A stretch of 64,000 nucleotides of DNA from positions 38,068,001 to 38,132,000 of the forward strand of contig OZ360245.1 of the NCBI GenBank assembly GCA_977017645.1. The letters run 5' to 3'. The notes under the pieces are model-generated. The model did not search any database. It had not been told where the DNA came from and was given only the letters and a program-made list of their open reading frames with translations. The position numbers and the translations under genes are program-made. The stretch is from Torpedo marmorata. Its lineage: Eukaryota. Positions 23,663-36,200 of the stretch are shown piece after piece. The stretch's first letter is position 1; every line of letters starts with the position of its first letter.

Positions 23663-24199
23663 TCAGAATCAGAATTTATTGTCATGAACAAGTCACGAAA
23701 TTCATTGTTTTGCAGCAGCATCAACAGTGCAAACATTTCTATAAACCACCTTACAAAATAAAAAAAAATGCAAGAAAAAAAAAGTAAGGTAGTGTCTATG
23801 GTTCATTGTTCATTCAGGAATCTGATGGCAGAGGGGAAGAAGCTGTCCTTGTGCCGCTGAGTGCTCATCTTCAGGCTCCTGCACCTTTTTCCCGATGGTA
23901 GCAGAGTGAAGAGGGCATGGCCTGGGTGGTGGGGGTCCTTGAGGATAGCGGCTGCTTTCTTAAGACACCGCCTCTTGTCGATGTCCTCGATGGAATGAAG
24001 ACTGGTGCCCGTGATGTTGCAGGCCGTGTTAACAACCCTCTGGAGCTTTTTCTTGTCCTGAGCGTTGGCATTTCCGTACCAGACTGTGATGCAACAAGCC
24101 AGAATGCTCTCCACAGTACACCTGTAGAAGTTTTTGAGAGACTTTGGTGACATACTGAATCTCCTCAAACTCCTTACAAAGTATAGCCGTGGGCAAGCC
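23663..24199 (-). mobile_element. Rex1/Babar-type LINE 3' fragment
   Basis: ORF 23803..24201 reads RLYFVRSLRRF...DSFFPSAIRFLNEQ; (ATTCTG)n tail. Confidence 0.87.
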
Positions 24200-24321
24200 A
24201 CAGGGCACTAAATAAATCCAGGTTGCAATGCTGAGCCTTGCTATTAAGAATGATGGAAGTGAAATTCCAAAGACCAAGTGCAAGAATTGGCCCTTCCCTG
24301 TGGCTGAGAGGAGACTTTTCA

Positions 24322-24582
24322 ATTTTTAAAAAAATTTAGACATATAGCACGGTAACAGGCCATTTTGGCCCACGAGTCCATGCTGCCCAATTTACACCCA
24401 ATTATCCTACAACCCCCGGTACGTTTCGAATGGTGGGAGGAAACCGGGGCCCCCGGGGAAAACCCACACAGACACGGGGAGAACATACAAACTCCTTACA
24501 GACAGCGTGGGATTTGAACCCCGGTCCCGATCGCTGGCGCTGTAAAGGCATTGCGCTAACCACTACGCCAACCGTGCTGCCC
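24322..24582 (-). mobile_element. Young V-SINE/HE1-like SINE
   Basis: Near-identical to 21722-21953, with B-box ggttcaaatcc. Confidence 0.87.
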
Positions 24583-25094
24583 TGAGTACATTGAAACACC
24601 TTGTTCAATGTACTTAAGCTTTTGTTACATAGTGACCAAAGCAATTCTTTTCAATAACAGTTTTCAACAGATAGCAAGGTAAAAATGCTGCATAAATAAC
24701 TGGAACTCCTAATGGGAGTAAACGTCTTGGACGTTGAGATGTTTTGAACCTGAAGGTTGGTGAAGGCAGTGGGGTACATGAAAGTGGCGACAGCATTTAT
24801 CACACAATTAAACTGATTTTCATTGAACTGCAAGACTGTCACTGACGGGAATAGACTGAGACTAATCCGTTTTGTTGCTAGCTGATTAAACACATCTCAA
24901 CATCAATGCCAAAAGAAAATGCTTTCTGTGAGTTATTGTGAGTGTAATCCTTTCAACTTCATCTCACAAAATCAAAAGTATTTGGAATGGTTTTTTTCTT
25001 AACTGATTGCTTTTCATTGATACCACTTAAATATACGGTAGTTATGCTCATTTATTTTTACAATGTGTGCTTCAATAGCAGTTTTGATATCTTG

Positions 25095-25690
25095 CCCGAG
25101 AAAGGATGAACTTGCCATGGAGGAAATGCAACAAATACTAACCAGAATGAGTCCTGAGAAGACTGATTTGAGGAGATTAAATTTGTGTTTGCTGCAGTAT
25201 CCAAAGACAAACGGGTTAGTAATTGGTCACATGGGTGTAATTGGGTTGCAAAGGCTCATGGGCCGAAAGGGCCTGTTACCATGCTGTATCTCTTTAAAAA
25301 ATAGAGGAATGAGAGAGGATCGATTTGAAAGTTACAAAATATTGTCAGGGCTCGACGTGTAAGATGGGGGAAGGATGCTGTGGGGCCCTGAATGAGGGTC
25401 ACATCATCATGTTCCATGGCAAGAAATTTAGGACTGAGATGACAGAATTTTCTTCACTCAGAGGGTGGTAAACCCGTGGAATTCTGTATAGCAGCCAGCT
25501 ATGAAGGTCAAGCTATTGAACATATTTCAGAAGGAGATAGATTGCTGGACAGAAAAAGTACCTTGGGATATGGGGAAAGAATGGAAATATGGTATTGAGG
25601 TGGAGGATCAGCCTTGATCATTCTGAAAGGCAGGATGGGCTCAAAGGGCTGAATGGCCTGCTGCTGCTCCTATCTTCCATTTCTATGTTA
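25095..25690 (+). mobile_element. Old CR1 LINE 3' fragment with a nested SINE 3' half (~25200-25298)
   Basis: gaatgagagaggatcgatttgaaa, ttcttcactcagagggtggt, and tail gggctgaatggcctgctgctgctcctat. Confidence 0.7.
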
Positions 25691-26287
25691 TGTTTAATAA
25701 TATCTGAATATTTAGAGCATTAAATCATGCATCTATAATTTTAGCAAAAATACTGTGTAGATTGAACACTGCAATTACTGAGCATTAGAATTTAGAGAAA
25801 GCATTAGTTGCCAGTTTCTCCACAACAAGCTGGACGCTTGGAGGTCCCACTTCACATTCTTTCTGGTTAAACTGTTCTGCGAAAACAAAGGAGAGCCCAG
25901 AGGATTAAAGAGAAGCATAGACGTAAGAAAGTTGCCAGCTAATGCAGCTAAGTACAATGTTGGTTCTGTTGATTGATTCTTCTTGCTGTTTCAGACACCA
26001 GTAATTGCAGTGGATAATAGATTAATGGCCCTGAGTGTTAACAAACAATGTCTTTAATAGAATGTTGTTCTGACAAAATAGGAGTATGTGAACACTAACT
26101 TCAAATTAAAATGGATTTTGAATTTCTTCAGTATTGCACATTAGCGCAGAATGTGTATGGTTATTATAAATGTAACAGCTAATGGAATCTTTTTCCAGTT
26201 CTGAAGAGTTAGGGATAAACAGCAAATTCGACACTGCTGTTTTTACATATGGGACAACTGATTATGCTTGCTTTTCTGTGACAATTA

Positions 26288-26901
26288 CACTGGACAACGA
26301 AGATTTTGTTTCCTGAACACTTTTGGGTGTATTTTATGGATTTTGGGCTGCTGATCATGAAAATCACCTTAAAGTTTTCCTATCACGTACCATTTTTTAG
26401 ATACAACCTATTTTTGCAATTTCCTGTCATATTTTAAATCTGCTTCAAGCATACAAAACCATGAAGTGCAACATGTCATTGAAAATTCATTTTCTGCATT
26501 CGCACTTGGACTTCTTCCCTGCTGATCTTGGTGCAGTCAGTGACGAACATGGTGAAAGGTGTCACCAGGACACTGCGATCATGGAAAAGCGGTATCAGGG
26601 CAACTGGAATCCATCAATGCTGCCTGACTATTGTTGGACACTGACACGAGAGGCATCAGATACTGAGTACAAACGACAATCAGCGGCAAAACATTTTTAG
26701 GTCAATTGAACTAACGCAATGTGTGAGCATCATTATGCGATTAAACATGCTAAATTCAATAAAAGTTCAATTAATGTTTCTCCAACTTCCTATGTGATGC
26801 AGTAAATCTGAAATTATCTTTGTGTTCAGCTTGAAGTTGTCTATCATAATCCCAATTTATTTTCAGGAAGCAAACGTTTTTTTAAAATTTGTTGCCCAGT
26901 G
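26288..26901 (+). mobile_element. Non-autonomous Chapaev3-like (CMC superfamily) DNA transposon retaining the transposase C-terminus
   Basis: TIRs cactggacaac / gttgcccagtg; TTA on both sides (26285-87 and 26902-04); ORF 26461..26700 reads MSLKIHFLHSHLDFFPADLGAVSDEHGERCHQD...EKRYQGNWNPSMLPDYCWTL. Confidence 0.8.
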
Positions 26902-27349
26902 TTATTAGTCATTTTCTTCCAACTGACTTATGTGGATGGTATACTGCTAATGCCTGAATTATTTTGGCAATTGTCAGACAAAATACCTTAATGGAAACAT
27001 TATGAAAAGGCAATTTATGAGCCATTTTAAAATATACTTTCAATTAATATTGGACTTGGAGGAAAGATAAAATAACCACTTTCTCAGACCTCAGAAGAGC
27101 AAACAATTCAATTCTATCATCTTGAGGTGGAGTAAATCCAAGATGCATTGTGTTGTTGTTTAATCTTTTGTGTAGGTTACATAGTTGTTGGTTATCCTGA
27201 TGTTTTATTTGCATCAATATTCTGCGTTCTATTTGTTAATTGATCAAAAATTAAATAGCTTGAGCCTTATTCGTTGCAATGTGGTATGTTTCAACAATGA
27301 AGAAAAATATGTGTTTCTGCAATGTTTTTGATACAGTAAATCATCTAGT

Positions 27350-27715
27350 TCATTGTGACGCTGAGATGTGTTAGGTATGAGGGCAAATGCAAGGAAGTTG
27401 ATTTAAGAAGCACCTGAGGGGAAATGAGAGGTGGGAATGTTTAGAAAGAAAGAACGAGTGCTGAGGACTCAGGCATCTGAAGGAAGTGCAGGAGAGCAGA
27501 ACCCGAGGAAGCTGGCGATCTCAAAGGCTTGTATGGCTTGGAGGAGGCTTCAGAGATTGAGCGTGTATGAGACCATGGAGGGATTGGGAAACTAGGATGA
27601 GAATTTTAAAATTACATTATTGAGCTAGAAACAAACATAGATGAATGAGTTCAGCATGGTGGATAAGCAATGTCAGTAGGAATGAGATCAGCAGAGCTTA
27701 GAGCAAACACAAACT
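27350..27715 (-). mobile_element. Old L2 LINE fragment
   Basis: Minus strand gives NFKILILVSQSLHGL, matching the L2 ORF2 motif FKILILVFKSLHGL. Confidence 0.55.
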
Positions 27716-27741
27716 TAGATTTTAAAATGGGAAGCTGACCA

Positions 27742-28620
27742 GTTGTGGACAGCGAGGAAGGCTTTCAAAGCTTGCAGAGGGATCTGGACCAACTGGAAAA
27801 ATGGGCCAGAAAATGGCAGATGGAATTTAATGGAGACAAGTGTGAGGTTTTCCATTTTGGAAGGACAAACCAAGGTAGGACATACACAGTAAATGGTAGG
27901 GCACTGAGGAATGTGGAGGAACAAAGGGATCTGGCAATACAGATACATAATTCCCTGAAAGTGGCATCACAGGTAGATAGGGTTGTAAAGAAAGATTTTG
28001 GCATCTTGGCCTTCATAAATCAAAATATTGAGTACAGGAGTTGGGATGTTATGGTGAGGTTGTGTAAGACATTGGTGAGGCCAAATTTGGAATATTGTGT
28101 GCAGTTCTGGTCGCCAAACTACAGGAAGGATATCAGTAAGATTGAAAGAGTGCAGAGAAGATTTACTAGGATGTTGCCGGGTCTTCAGGAGTTGAGTTAC
28201 AGGGAAAGATTAAACAGGTTAGGACTTTATTCCTTGGAGTGTAGAAGAATGAGGGGAGATTTGATAGCGGTTTACAAAATTATGAGGGGTATAGACAGAG
28301 TAAATGCAAGTAGGCTCTTTCCACTTAGATTAGAAGAGATAAATACGAGAGGACATGGCTTTAGGGTGAAAGGGGAAAGGTTTAGGGGGAACATTAGGAG
28401 GAACTTCTTCACTCAGAGAGTGGTGGGAGTGTGGAACGAGCTGCCATCTGACGTGGTAAATGCGGGCTCACTCTTAAGTTTTAAGAATAACTCGGATGGG
28501 AGAGGTCTGCAGGGTTATGGACTGGGTGCAGGTCAATGGGACTAGCGGAATAATATTTCGGCACAGACTAGAAGGGCTGAATGGCCTGTTTTTCTGTGCT
28601 GCAGTGTTCTATGGTTCTAT
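27742..28620 (+). mobile_element. CR1 (HER1-like) LINE, 5'-truncated; 266-aa open ORF2 end
   Basis: LQRDLDQLEKWARKWQMEFN, LVRPNLEYCVQFWSP, RRMRGDLI, TRGH and FFTQRVVGVWNELP; tail gttctatggttctatg. Confidence 0.92.
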
Positions 28621-29754
28621 GAAGCATTGAAGTCGTCAATGTTAGAAGATGTTAAGGAGTTGGCGTGGGCAATCATTGTTTCTGTGTGGAGAAGTGATTT
28701 GAAGCTTTTCTCAGTGTCAGGAAAGTCTTCAAGGTGTTGAATGGTTGGAAGGTCGGCCAAACCTCAGACAAATGCCACACAGCAAGGAGTGAAGATGATG
28801 GCGGGGAACACTGTACTGGGTGTCAACAAAATTGGAGTTTTAATCTCCCCTGCATTTTGGACCAAAGATTTGGACATTCAGTACTGGATGGTTGGCTCAC
28901 TGTGTGGCATAACAGAGATAATGGAGGTAGTTGAGATGTTTCCAACAAATGGAACATAACTAAGAAACCGAGAAAGGGGAGGCAGGGAGGATAAATCCTT
29001 CAGAGAACACCAGCAATTGTGCAGCAAAAAAGGATAAGAAGTTAGAGAAGGCCTGTCTTGCTGGACAGAGAGATGTGGCCGGAGTGAGGTGCGGAGAACC
29101 ATCTCAAAGGCAGGTGGAAAATGAAAGACTGAATTTACAGTATGCAAGTAGGTGATAATTTGTAGGGAATTATTCCCATTCTCACTTGTATCTGGAGACA
29201 TACCTCATCTTTCATCTTTAATTGCAATATGAGGTACTGCAAGAATGTTTTGACCTTTTGATTCTATCCAAAGATAGGTAGATATTCAAATCTAGTAGCA
29301 ATAATGGTTTTAGCGTAGTTGAGTCCAATGAGGACAATTTTCATCAGGTCTTTGTTTCTTGCAATTTCTCCTTGAACAAAAATAATGAAGTGTTTCATCT
29401 TTTTGTAACAGAATTGCTTTGAGATTTTGAACTCTGAATTTCTGAATTGTCAGTTGCAGATTAATTTGTGTAGAAATCTATTGTCTACTCCATTACATCT
29501 GTGTTTATATTGTGTAGTAGGGATGAGTGAACAAGGCTTGGTTCCAAATTTCTATTTTGTTCAGTTCAAATAACTCTCATCAACCCGAGCTTAATTTAGA
29601 TCAAAGCCATTCAATTTCATGAAGCACTCAATGTTCCAGGTAAAACTGGCAAGGTTCCAATAGCCAACCTGCTAATCATTCTACTGGTTTAGAGAACAGA
29701 AAAATATGCCAAATTTGAAACTGAATCCAACCCAAGTAAGTCGGGGTAATTCAA

Positions 29755-31122
29755 AGAACCATAGAACATTACAGCACAGAAACAGGCCCTTCAGCCCTTC
29801 TTGTCTGTGCCAAACAAAATGGTAGGGCACTGAGGAGGGCGGTAGAACAGAGGGATCTGGGAATACAGATACATAATTCCCTGAAAGTGGCGTCACAGGT
29901 AGATAGGCAGTGGCGGATTAACTACCACCCGGGCCCTAGGCTAAGCTTTAGTAAGGCCCCCCTGACCTTGCCCCACGGCCCCAACCCTTCGTTGAACAGA
30001 ATAAAGTGAAATTGTTCCATTTATTAGCCTTTATATGCCCTCACATGTGCTGGGAAATCACCAGTTGGTGTTTGGTTGGAGGAGGGGAGGAAAAACTTCA
30101 TTAAAATCAAACAAAACTTTACCTTACAGAAGCCGTCTGCTAGCCCCGAATAATTTGAAAAGTCTGTTAGTTACAAAAGGATAAATAAAATCAGTTCTAA
30201 AAAAACAGTCTCGATACAAAATAACACAGGAGAAGGGAGAGTCTTTTTTAAAAAAGTAAACCGCCCGTGAGCGACGCTGCATGAGCCGAGCTCTGCTGCA
30301 GGAGTCAGACCTCAGACTCGCACGCGCGTACAAACGCGAGCATTGATTGACAGGTAGCATTGGGACTGGCGGAGCCCGAATTGATAGATGGGACCGAGAT
30401 CCCACTGCTGATTGACAGATGAATGCGGTACTTCCGCGAGCCTTGATTGACGGGTGGACCCAGGACTAACGTGAGCCCATATTGACAAGTGGTTACATTG
30501 GTGTACCAGTGGTTGTGACGAGCCCCCTTACCTTCCGCGCCCCTGGGCTTCAGCCTACTCAGCCTAATGGTTAATCCGCCACTGTAGATAGGGTTGTAAA
30601 GAGAGCTTTGGCATATTGGCCTTCATCAATCAAAGTATTGAGTATAGGATGTTATGGTAAAGTTGTATAAAACATTGGTGGGGCCAAATTTTGACTATTG
30701 TGTGCAGTTATGGTCACCTAACTACAGGAACAATATCAATAAGATTGAAAGAGTGCAGAGATTTACTGGAATGTTGCTCAGACTTCAGGAACGAGTTACA
30801 GGGAAAGGTTAAACAGGTTAGGACTTTATTTCCTGGAACATAGAAGAATGAGGGGAGATTTGATAAAGTACAGTATACAAAATTATGAGGGGTATAGGGA
30901 GAGTAAAAGTATGAGGGCTTTTTCCACTGAGGGTGGGTGAGATACAAACTAGAGGACATGGGTTAAGGGTGAAAGTGGAAAAGTTAAGGGGGAACTTCTT
31001 CACACAGAGAGTGGTGGGGGTGTGGAATGAGCAGCTAGCTGAAGTGGTGAATGCAGGCTCAATTTTAACACTTAAGAAGAATTTGGACAGGTACATGGAT
31101 GGGAGAGGTATGGAGGGCTATG
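29755..31122. mobile_element. CR1 LINE with its 3' tail inverted (29755-29814, -) relative to the body (29817-31122, +), interrupted by a hAT element
   Basis: The body aligns with 27890-28520 and the tail is the reverse complement of 28557-28620. Confidence 0.82.
29908..30584. mobile_element. Non-autonomous hAT transposon (677 bp)
   Basis: 15-bp perfect TIRs cagtggcggattaac / gttaatccgccactg and 8-bp TSD tagatagg (29900-07, 30585-92). The empty site is visible in the paralogous CR1 near 27970. Confidence 0.93.
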
Positions 31123-32019
31123 CTTTGCCTTTTTAGCTCAGCTCCAGACTTGACCTTGTGATAACCCACAATGCTCTTTGTGCTGCATGAAAGCACAAGG
31201 ACAGTTTATTCGGGCTCTGTTTGAAATGCAAATGTGTCTGATGTACAAAGATGGAGTAATTTGGACTTTGGCAAGGTTACTGGAAGCTGCCAGGCAGGCT
31301 TCACATCTGTTTACCCAAACTGGCAAAACTCATAGGTTTAAAGAGTGTCACAAGTTATGGTCATCCCAGGGCTTCATGGAGGAAATGTTCGAACATAAGA
31401 AATAGGAGGAGGAGTAGGCCATCTGGCCCATCGAACCTGCTCCGACATCCAATAAAAATCATGGCTGATCTGGCTGTGCACTCTGCTTCACTTCCGCCCC
31501 TGTACCCCATAACTGTTAATTTCCCCATTATTCAAAAAAATAAAATTCCTAAATTGATTTCAAGGTTGTTTTCCCCTGTTTGTTGAATAATAGTGTTCAT
31601 AACTTGAAATCTAGGAAAAATCTTCCACTCTGCACGGCGCAGTTAAGGTTAATTTCAAGGTAATTTGTGGATTCAATCATATTGTGTGGTTAAGAGTACA
31701 TAATAGATTTCCAAAATTGGATGGCTTCATTAATTGACAGTCAATCTGTAACACAAGTTTCACAGATTTATTATTCTGCTCCTATATCAACCACTATATT
31801 ATTTGATCTTTTATTTGCAAAATGCATTTGGTTGGGAGATAGAGTAAAATAATCTTGTGTGCTGTTAACTAAATTTACATCAATCTCCATGTCATAATCA
31901 TTGTGTAGTATATCATGACTACCAGAAAATCATGGTAAGTATGTTTACAAAGTATATGGCTGACAGGAACTGGCCATTCAACCCAACGTAATCCAGGCCA
32001 GCATTTGCTAATGATAAGT

Positions 32020-32172
32020 GTAAAGCACAAAAGTCTGCAGACACCGTGATTGAAGTAAAAACACAAAGCTGGAGAAACTCAGCAGGTCAAACGTTGGTTA
32101 TGTATCTTTATCTTTGCTATATAAAGTGCACTGTTTGACCTGCTGAGTTTCTCCAGCATTGTGCTTTTACTT
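32020..32172. mobile_element. Fold-back Penelope-terminus derivative
   Basis: Inverted arms gctggagaaactcagcaggtcaaac / gtttgacctgctgagtttctccagc; junction at the hammerhead motif aaacgttggttatg. Confidence 0.8.
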
Positions 32173-33957
32173 TGATAATGAATTTATTGTTACATACAAT
32201 GTACGTGTGCACCCAAAATTCTACCATGTATCTACGCGAGGCTCACTGAGTTTAGATTGTCACTCTGAATCAGTCTCAGGACAACGAAAGGCCATTAGCT
32301 GTGCAATACCCTTCAAATGGCTAAAGCAAGAAATATATTCAACAGAACCTACCCTTGGGCAAGTAGTTAGGACTTGGTGTAACCACCGATTCTTACAAGC
32401 GGCAAATGTAGACCATAAACTTTAACAGCCAGCTCAAAAATGAAAGAACTTTCTCCCACAGATTGCACTGCTTTAGAGATCAATTCATGATTTTTTTTTT
32501 GGAGAATAGTGACATTTTAACAGTGGATTTCATTGTGATTGAAATGGTTTCTTTGAAACAACTACCATTACATACCTGCTCCTTGTCAAACCGTTACAAT
32601 TACTTTCCTTTCCAATCGCCTTTGAGAGCTACCTATTTATCATCATTATCAACCTCTTCTGTCAATCTTTTCCCCATATCTTCGCCGAAAATCTCTCAAA
32701 TATTAAATAAATTTAATTTTAAATGTGTCTAAAATCATAGATTCTCTGTGTATTTCATGGCCGTGTGACCGTTTAACTGTTGTTCTTACATGTGTATAGT
32801 AGTCCCGTTCTTCAAATGATCATCTCCCTTCAGTGCTGCGAAAGCCATACTTCGCTTTTTTTCAGTGCTGTTCTAGATCTTTCCAAATCCCTAATTTTAC
32901 TACATCCTGTTCAGCAGTATTGTTCATTCACTTCCTAATGATGTGCATGCTGCCACCAACACAAGCATTCCCACAACTACCCACTTTGCACTTTAAGTAA
33001 GGTGATAATGAACTCAAAAGAATTGTGCTTTTTGTCCCCTTTCCTTCCCTCTCTCGCTCTAACTCACACCCAGTGCTGAGGGGAGTGAGGGTAGAGATCA
33101 GAATTATGTTTCCACAGAATAAGCCCGACTTGGCAACAAGAGCTGCAGGCCCTGCACTTTAGATTACTCGGTAGATGTGATTCACACTGGATCAATTTGT
33201 CATCATACAAAATGAAACTAATTACTTCCTTGGGAAAAATTTCTTGAGAATTGTACCTAGTTATTGGCAGTCTCTATTGAGACAATGCCCCAGAACCTGA
33301 CGTGAGCTGGGAGGCTGAAGCAAAATTGGTTGTGGAAATAAATTCTTCGCATTTAAACCGATAATTTCGTCTGAATTGAATTTTATTTTAATTCCTGAGA
33401 GATCTACAACATGAACAAGTGAGATCAACTTTATTTTCTAATGTAAGGTCTAATCTTGCAGATGAATGCTTAATTTTCCTTATTGTAATAATGTTCTGAA
33501 GCAGATCAGGTAAATTATGTCGGAGAAACATTCTTTCTGAAAAGGGTGCCTTCAATAATCAACACCAATTATGGGCTTATGGCTATTTTTCAAGTGGTTA
33601 TTGTTTCAACAGCATTGACCCAGTCTCTGCAGACTAGGCCACCATTATTTTCCCCTTTCTCTATTCCTTTTCACACCTATTTTGCAGAGTTCCAGGTTGA
33701 ACAAAACCTTGATTTTTAAGGTTATAATGCTTGAGTTCAAATTCTCCATGATCATGCTCTTCTTTCTTGTCTAACCAGATCTACAACCATCCAAAGTCTA
33801 TGCACTGAATTGGCTTTGGCCTCATGTTACCATAGCATTCACCTGGCTACTGTTTGTGCCCGATGCCTTCAGTCATAGTTGTCTAAAAACACTGAAATAC
33901 CCTTCCAAGATCACTTTCATCTGTGTTGCTCATTATAAGCAAACTTCTTTAAGCAAT

Positions 33958-34120
33958 AAAAACACAAAAATGCTGGAGGAACTCAGCAGGTCACACAGCG
34001 TCCATTGGAGGTAAAGATATATGACCAAAGTTCCAGGCCCTCCTTCGAGACCTGCTGAGTTCCTCCAGCATTTTTGTGTTTTTACTACAATTACAGTGCC
34101 TGCAGACTTTCATGTTTCAC
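33958..34120. mobile_element. Fold-back Penelope-terminus derivative with 12-bp TSD
   Basis: Arms aaaaacacaaaaatgctggaggaactcagcaggtc and its reverse complement; flanks tctttaagcaat / tctgtaagcaat. Confidence 0.78.
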
Positions 34121-36044
34121 TCTGTAAGCAATCTTTGGTCTACCATTTTAGTTTGTGTCAAAGTGTCAAATTTGGTCAAATAATGCTCCCCGGAAGCAAC
34201 TCAAGGTCATTTACTTATTTAAAGACAATATATAAATCAAGGTTTATGGCTGGTTAACGTTGATATCACCTTCACCAATATTTCCATTTGTGAAATTCAG
34301 GCAGGGTCAAGTAGAGCTAGACCTTATTGCAACCAGCAAACCTTGCTGGATGGAGATTACAGCTCCGATAGCTCTTGAAATTTTAATACGTCTCAGACTT
34401 CTTCACCTGCACCATGGAACTCAGAAGTCTGAGACTTGCTGAACGGCAGAAGGGTGGTAGGTTATGATGCTGCTGCAAGGCTTGATTCCCCGTGGAATCC
34501 AGTGGAGGAGCTCAGTCTCGCCAAAAATCCCCAGCACTCAGTGGGGGAATCATCTGTCTGCATCAAGTCAGACGAGTTTAGGATTCAGAATCACATTGAT
34601 TTCATTGTGGATTCTAAATCTGCAGATTTCAAAGCAGTTATTTTTAATTATTTTAGTTTAATGCTTTTAAGTATTTATGTGATTTACTATTTTAATTTAT
34701 AAAAACTAAAATATTTTTAATAATGTTTTTAATTTTATACATTTAATGTTTTTGAATGACTCTGAGTGTCATAAATCCACTCTCGGCTTTGACACAAGAC
34801 TTAGCTTTCTCTTCCCTCGAAGCCGACCTTGGGAATTCCGGGCCCCAAGGCCCTGTTGCTTCTGAGAGCCCACACTTGAGTCAAGTGTGTGGAGGGGTAT
34901 TGAATGTGTCCAGCCAGTGGATTACTGATCCACTCTTCCAATGGAGACATCACATCTCGAAGGCAGCGGCCAATATTTGATCAGTGGGAATTGTTTGAAT
35001 ACAATTGGTGAAATGTCAGCTGTACATCAGATTCCTAAATCCACTTTGTTTTGGAAAGAGTTTGAAATAAAAACTTGTGCTTTTATAATTGCAGTTTTCA
35101 CAATATCGTATCGCTTTAAAGCCAATCGTGTACTTCTAAAGTTTTGACAGTGTTGGTGTGACAGAGCACACAATGAGATGATGGAGGAATTTGGTGGAAC
35201 AAGCAGAATCCCAACAGTAAATCACGAAAATCTGTAGACCTCAACATTTTGGTTTCGACCCTTTATCAAGACTAAAACCCCTTTTGACCATTTCTCCCAT
35301 AGATGCTGTTCCTCCAGCATCTCATTGTTTGCTCAAGATTGCAACATCTACAGTTTTGGTGTTTCTCCTTTCTCTTGGAATGATGGAAACATATTTGTCA
35401 ATTTAAGTTGCAAATCCATAGAAATAACAATAAGATATTCTGTGTTGTTTTGTTCGTGCTGAAGGGATGACGCTTGGGATCACTTCTCTGCTCCACTTTG
35501 AGAGCTTTTCAGAGGTGCAGGTGCTGAGGTGTTGGTTAATAAGTAGAATCTTCACAGAAGCAATAGTTCAGAACATAAGGTTTTAAGCCTGTTTGTTGAG
35601 GTGAAAACTAGTTTTGACCAGATTTTATTTATTTTGGCATTTCTATTAAAATTCAACATATCCACCAGCAAAGTTTTTGCAAAAATGTTTAAATTGAAAA
35701 AAAAATGTTGAGTGGGTTAAGCAGATGGTTGTTCAAAATCCAGAAAACAATCAGGGCCAATATAACATTTGGTGCAAAGGAAAGGTGTTTTTGATAAATT
35801 TCTTATCCATTGTTCAGGATGAATTGCCCCTTTTCTGCTTAGTTTAAAGAAGTGGAGTTAATCTGGGTGACAATAACGCCTGTTTGTTTACAAAGCTCTG
35901 CTGTTTTGCCATAGCTAAATTGGTTTTAAGTGCTTGATGTAAAAAGTTGGCTCTCCATTCTGAATCCTTTCACAAAATCTGTTGTCTCTTTAGTGTTTGC
36001 CATTTCATTATCCAGGAAGTGCTGCTTGGGTGAAAGAGAAGTAT

Positions 36045-36200
36045 GGGCATATCTGTCTGTCAGATAGCCTGATAACATGCTGTAGGGGCTTTCAAAGTCT
36101 TGCTTTTCGCTGAAAAGGCATTAGCCCACTGATAACAATCTTGTCTAAGTGTGGCTGATACCTACCATCAGCCTCAAGTGATGGCTGATCTTATCATTGC
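36045..36200. promoter_or_regulatory. Cluster of GATA motifs, candidate enhancer
   Basis: AGATAG (36062), TGATAA (36070, 36130), CTTATCA (36190) plus near-matches within ~150 bp of non-repetitive DNA. Confidence 0.3.
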
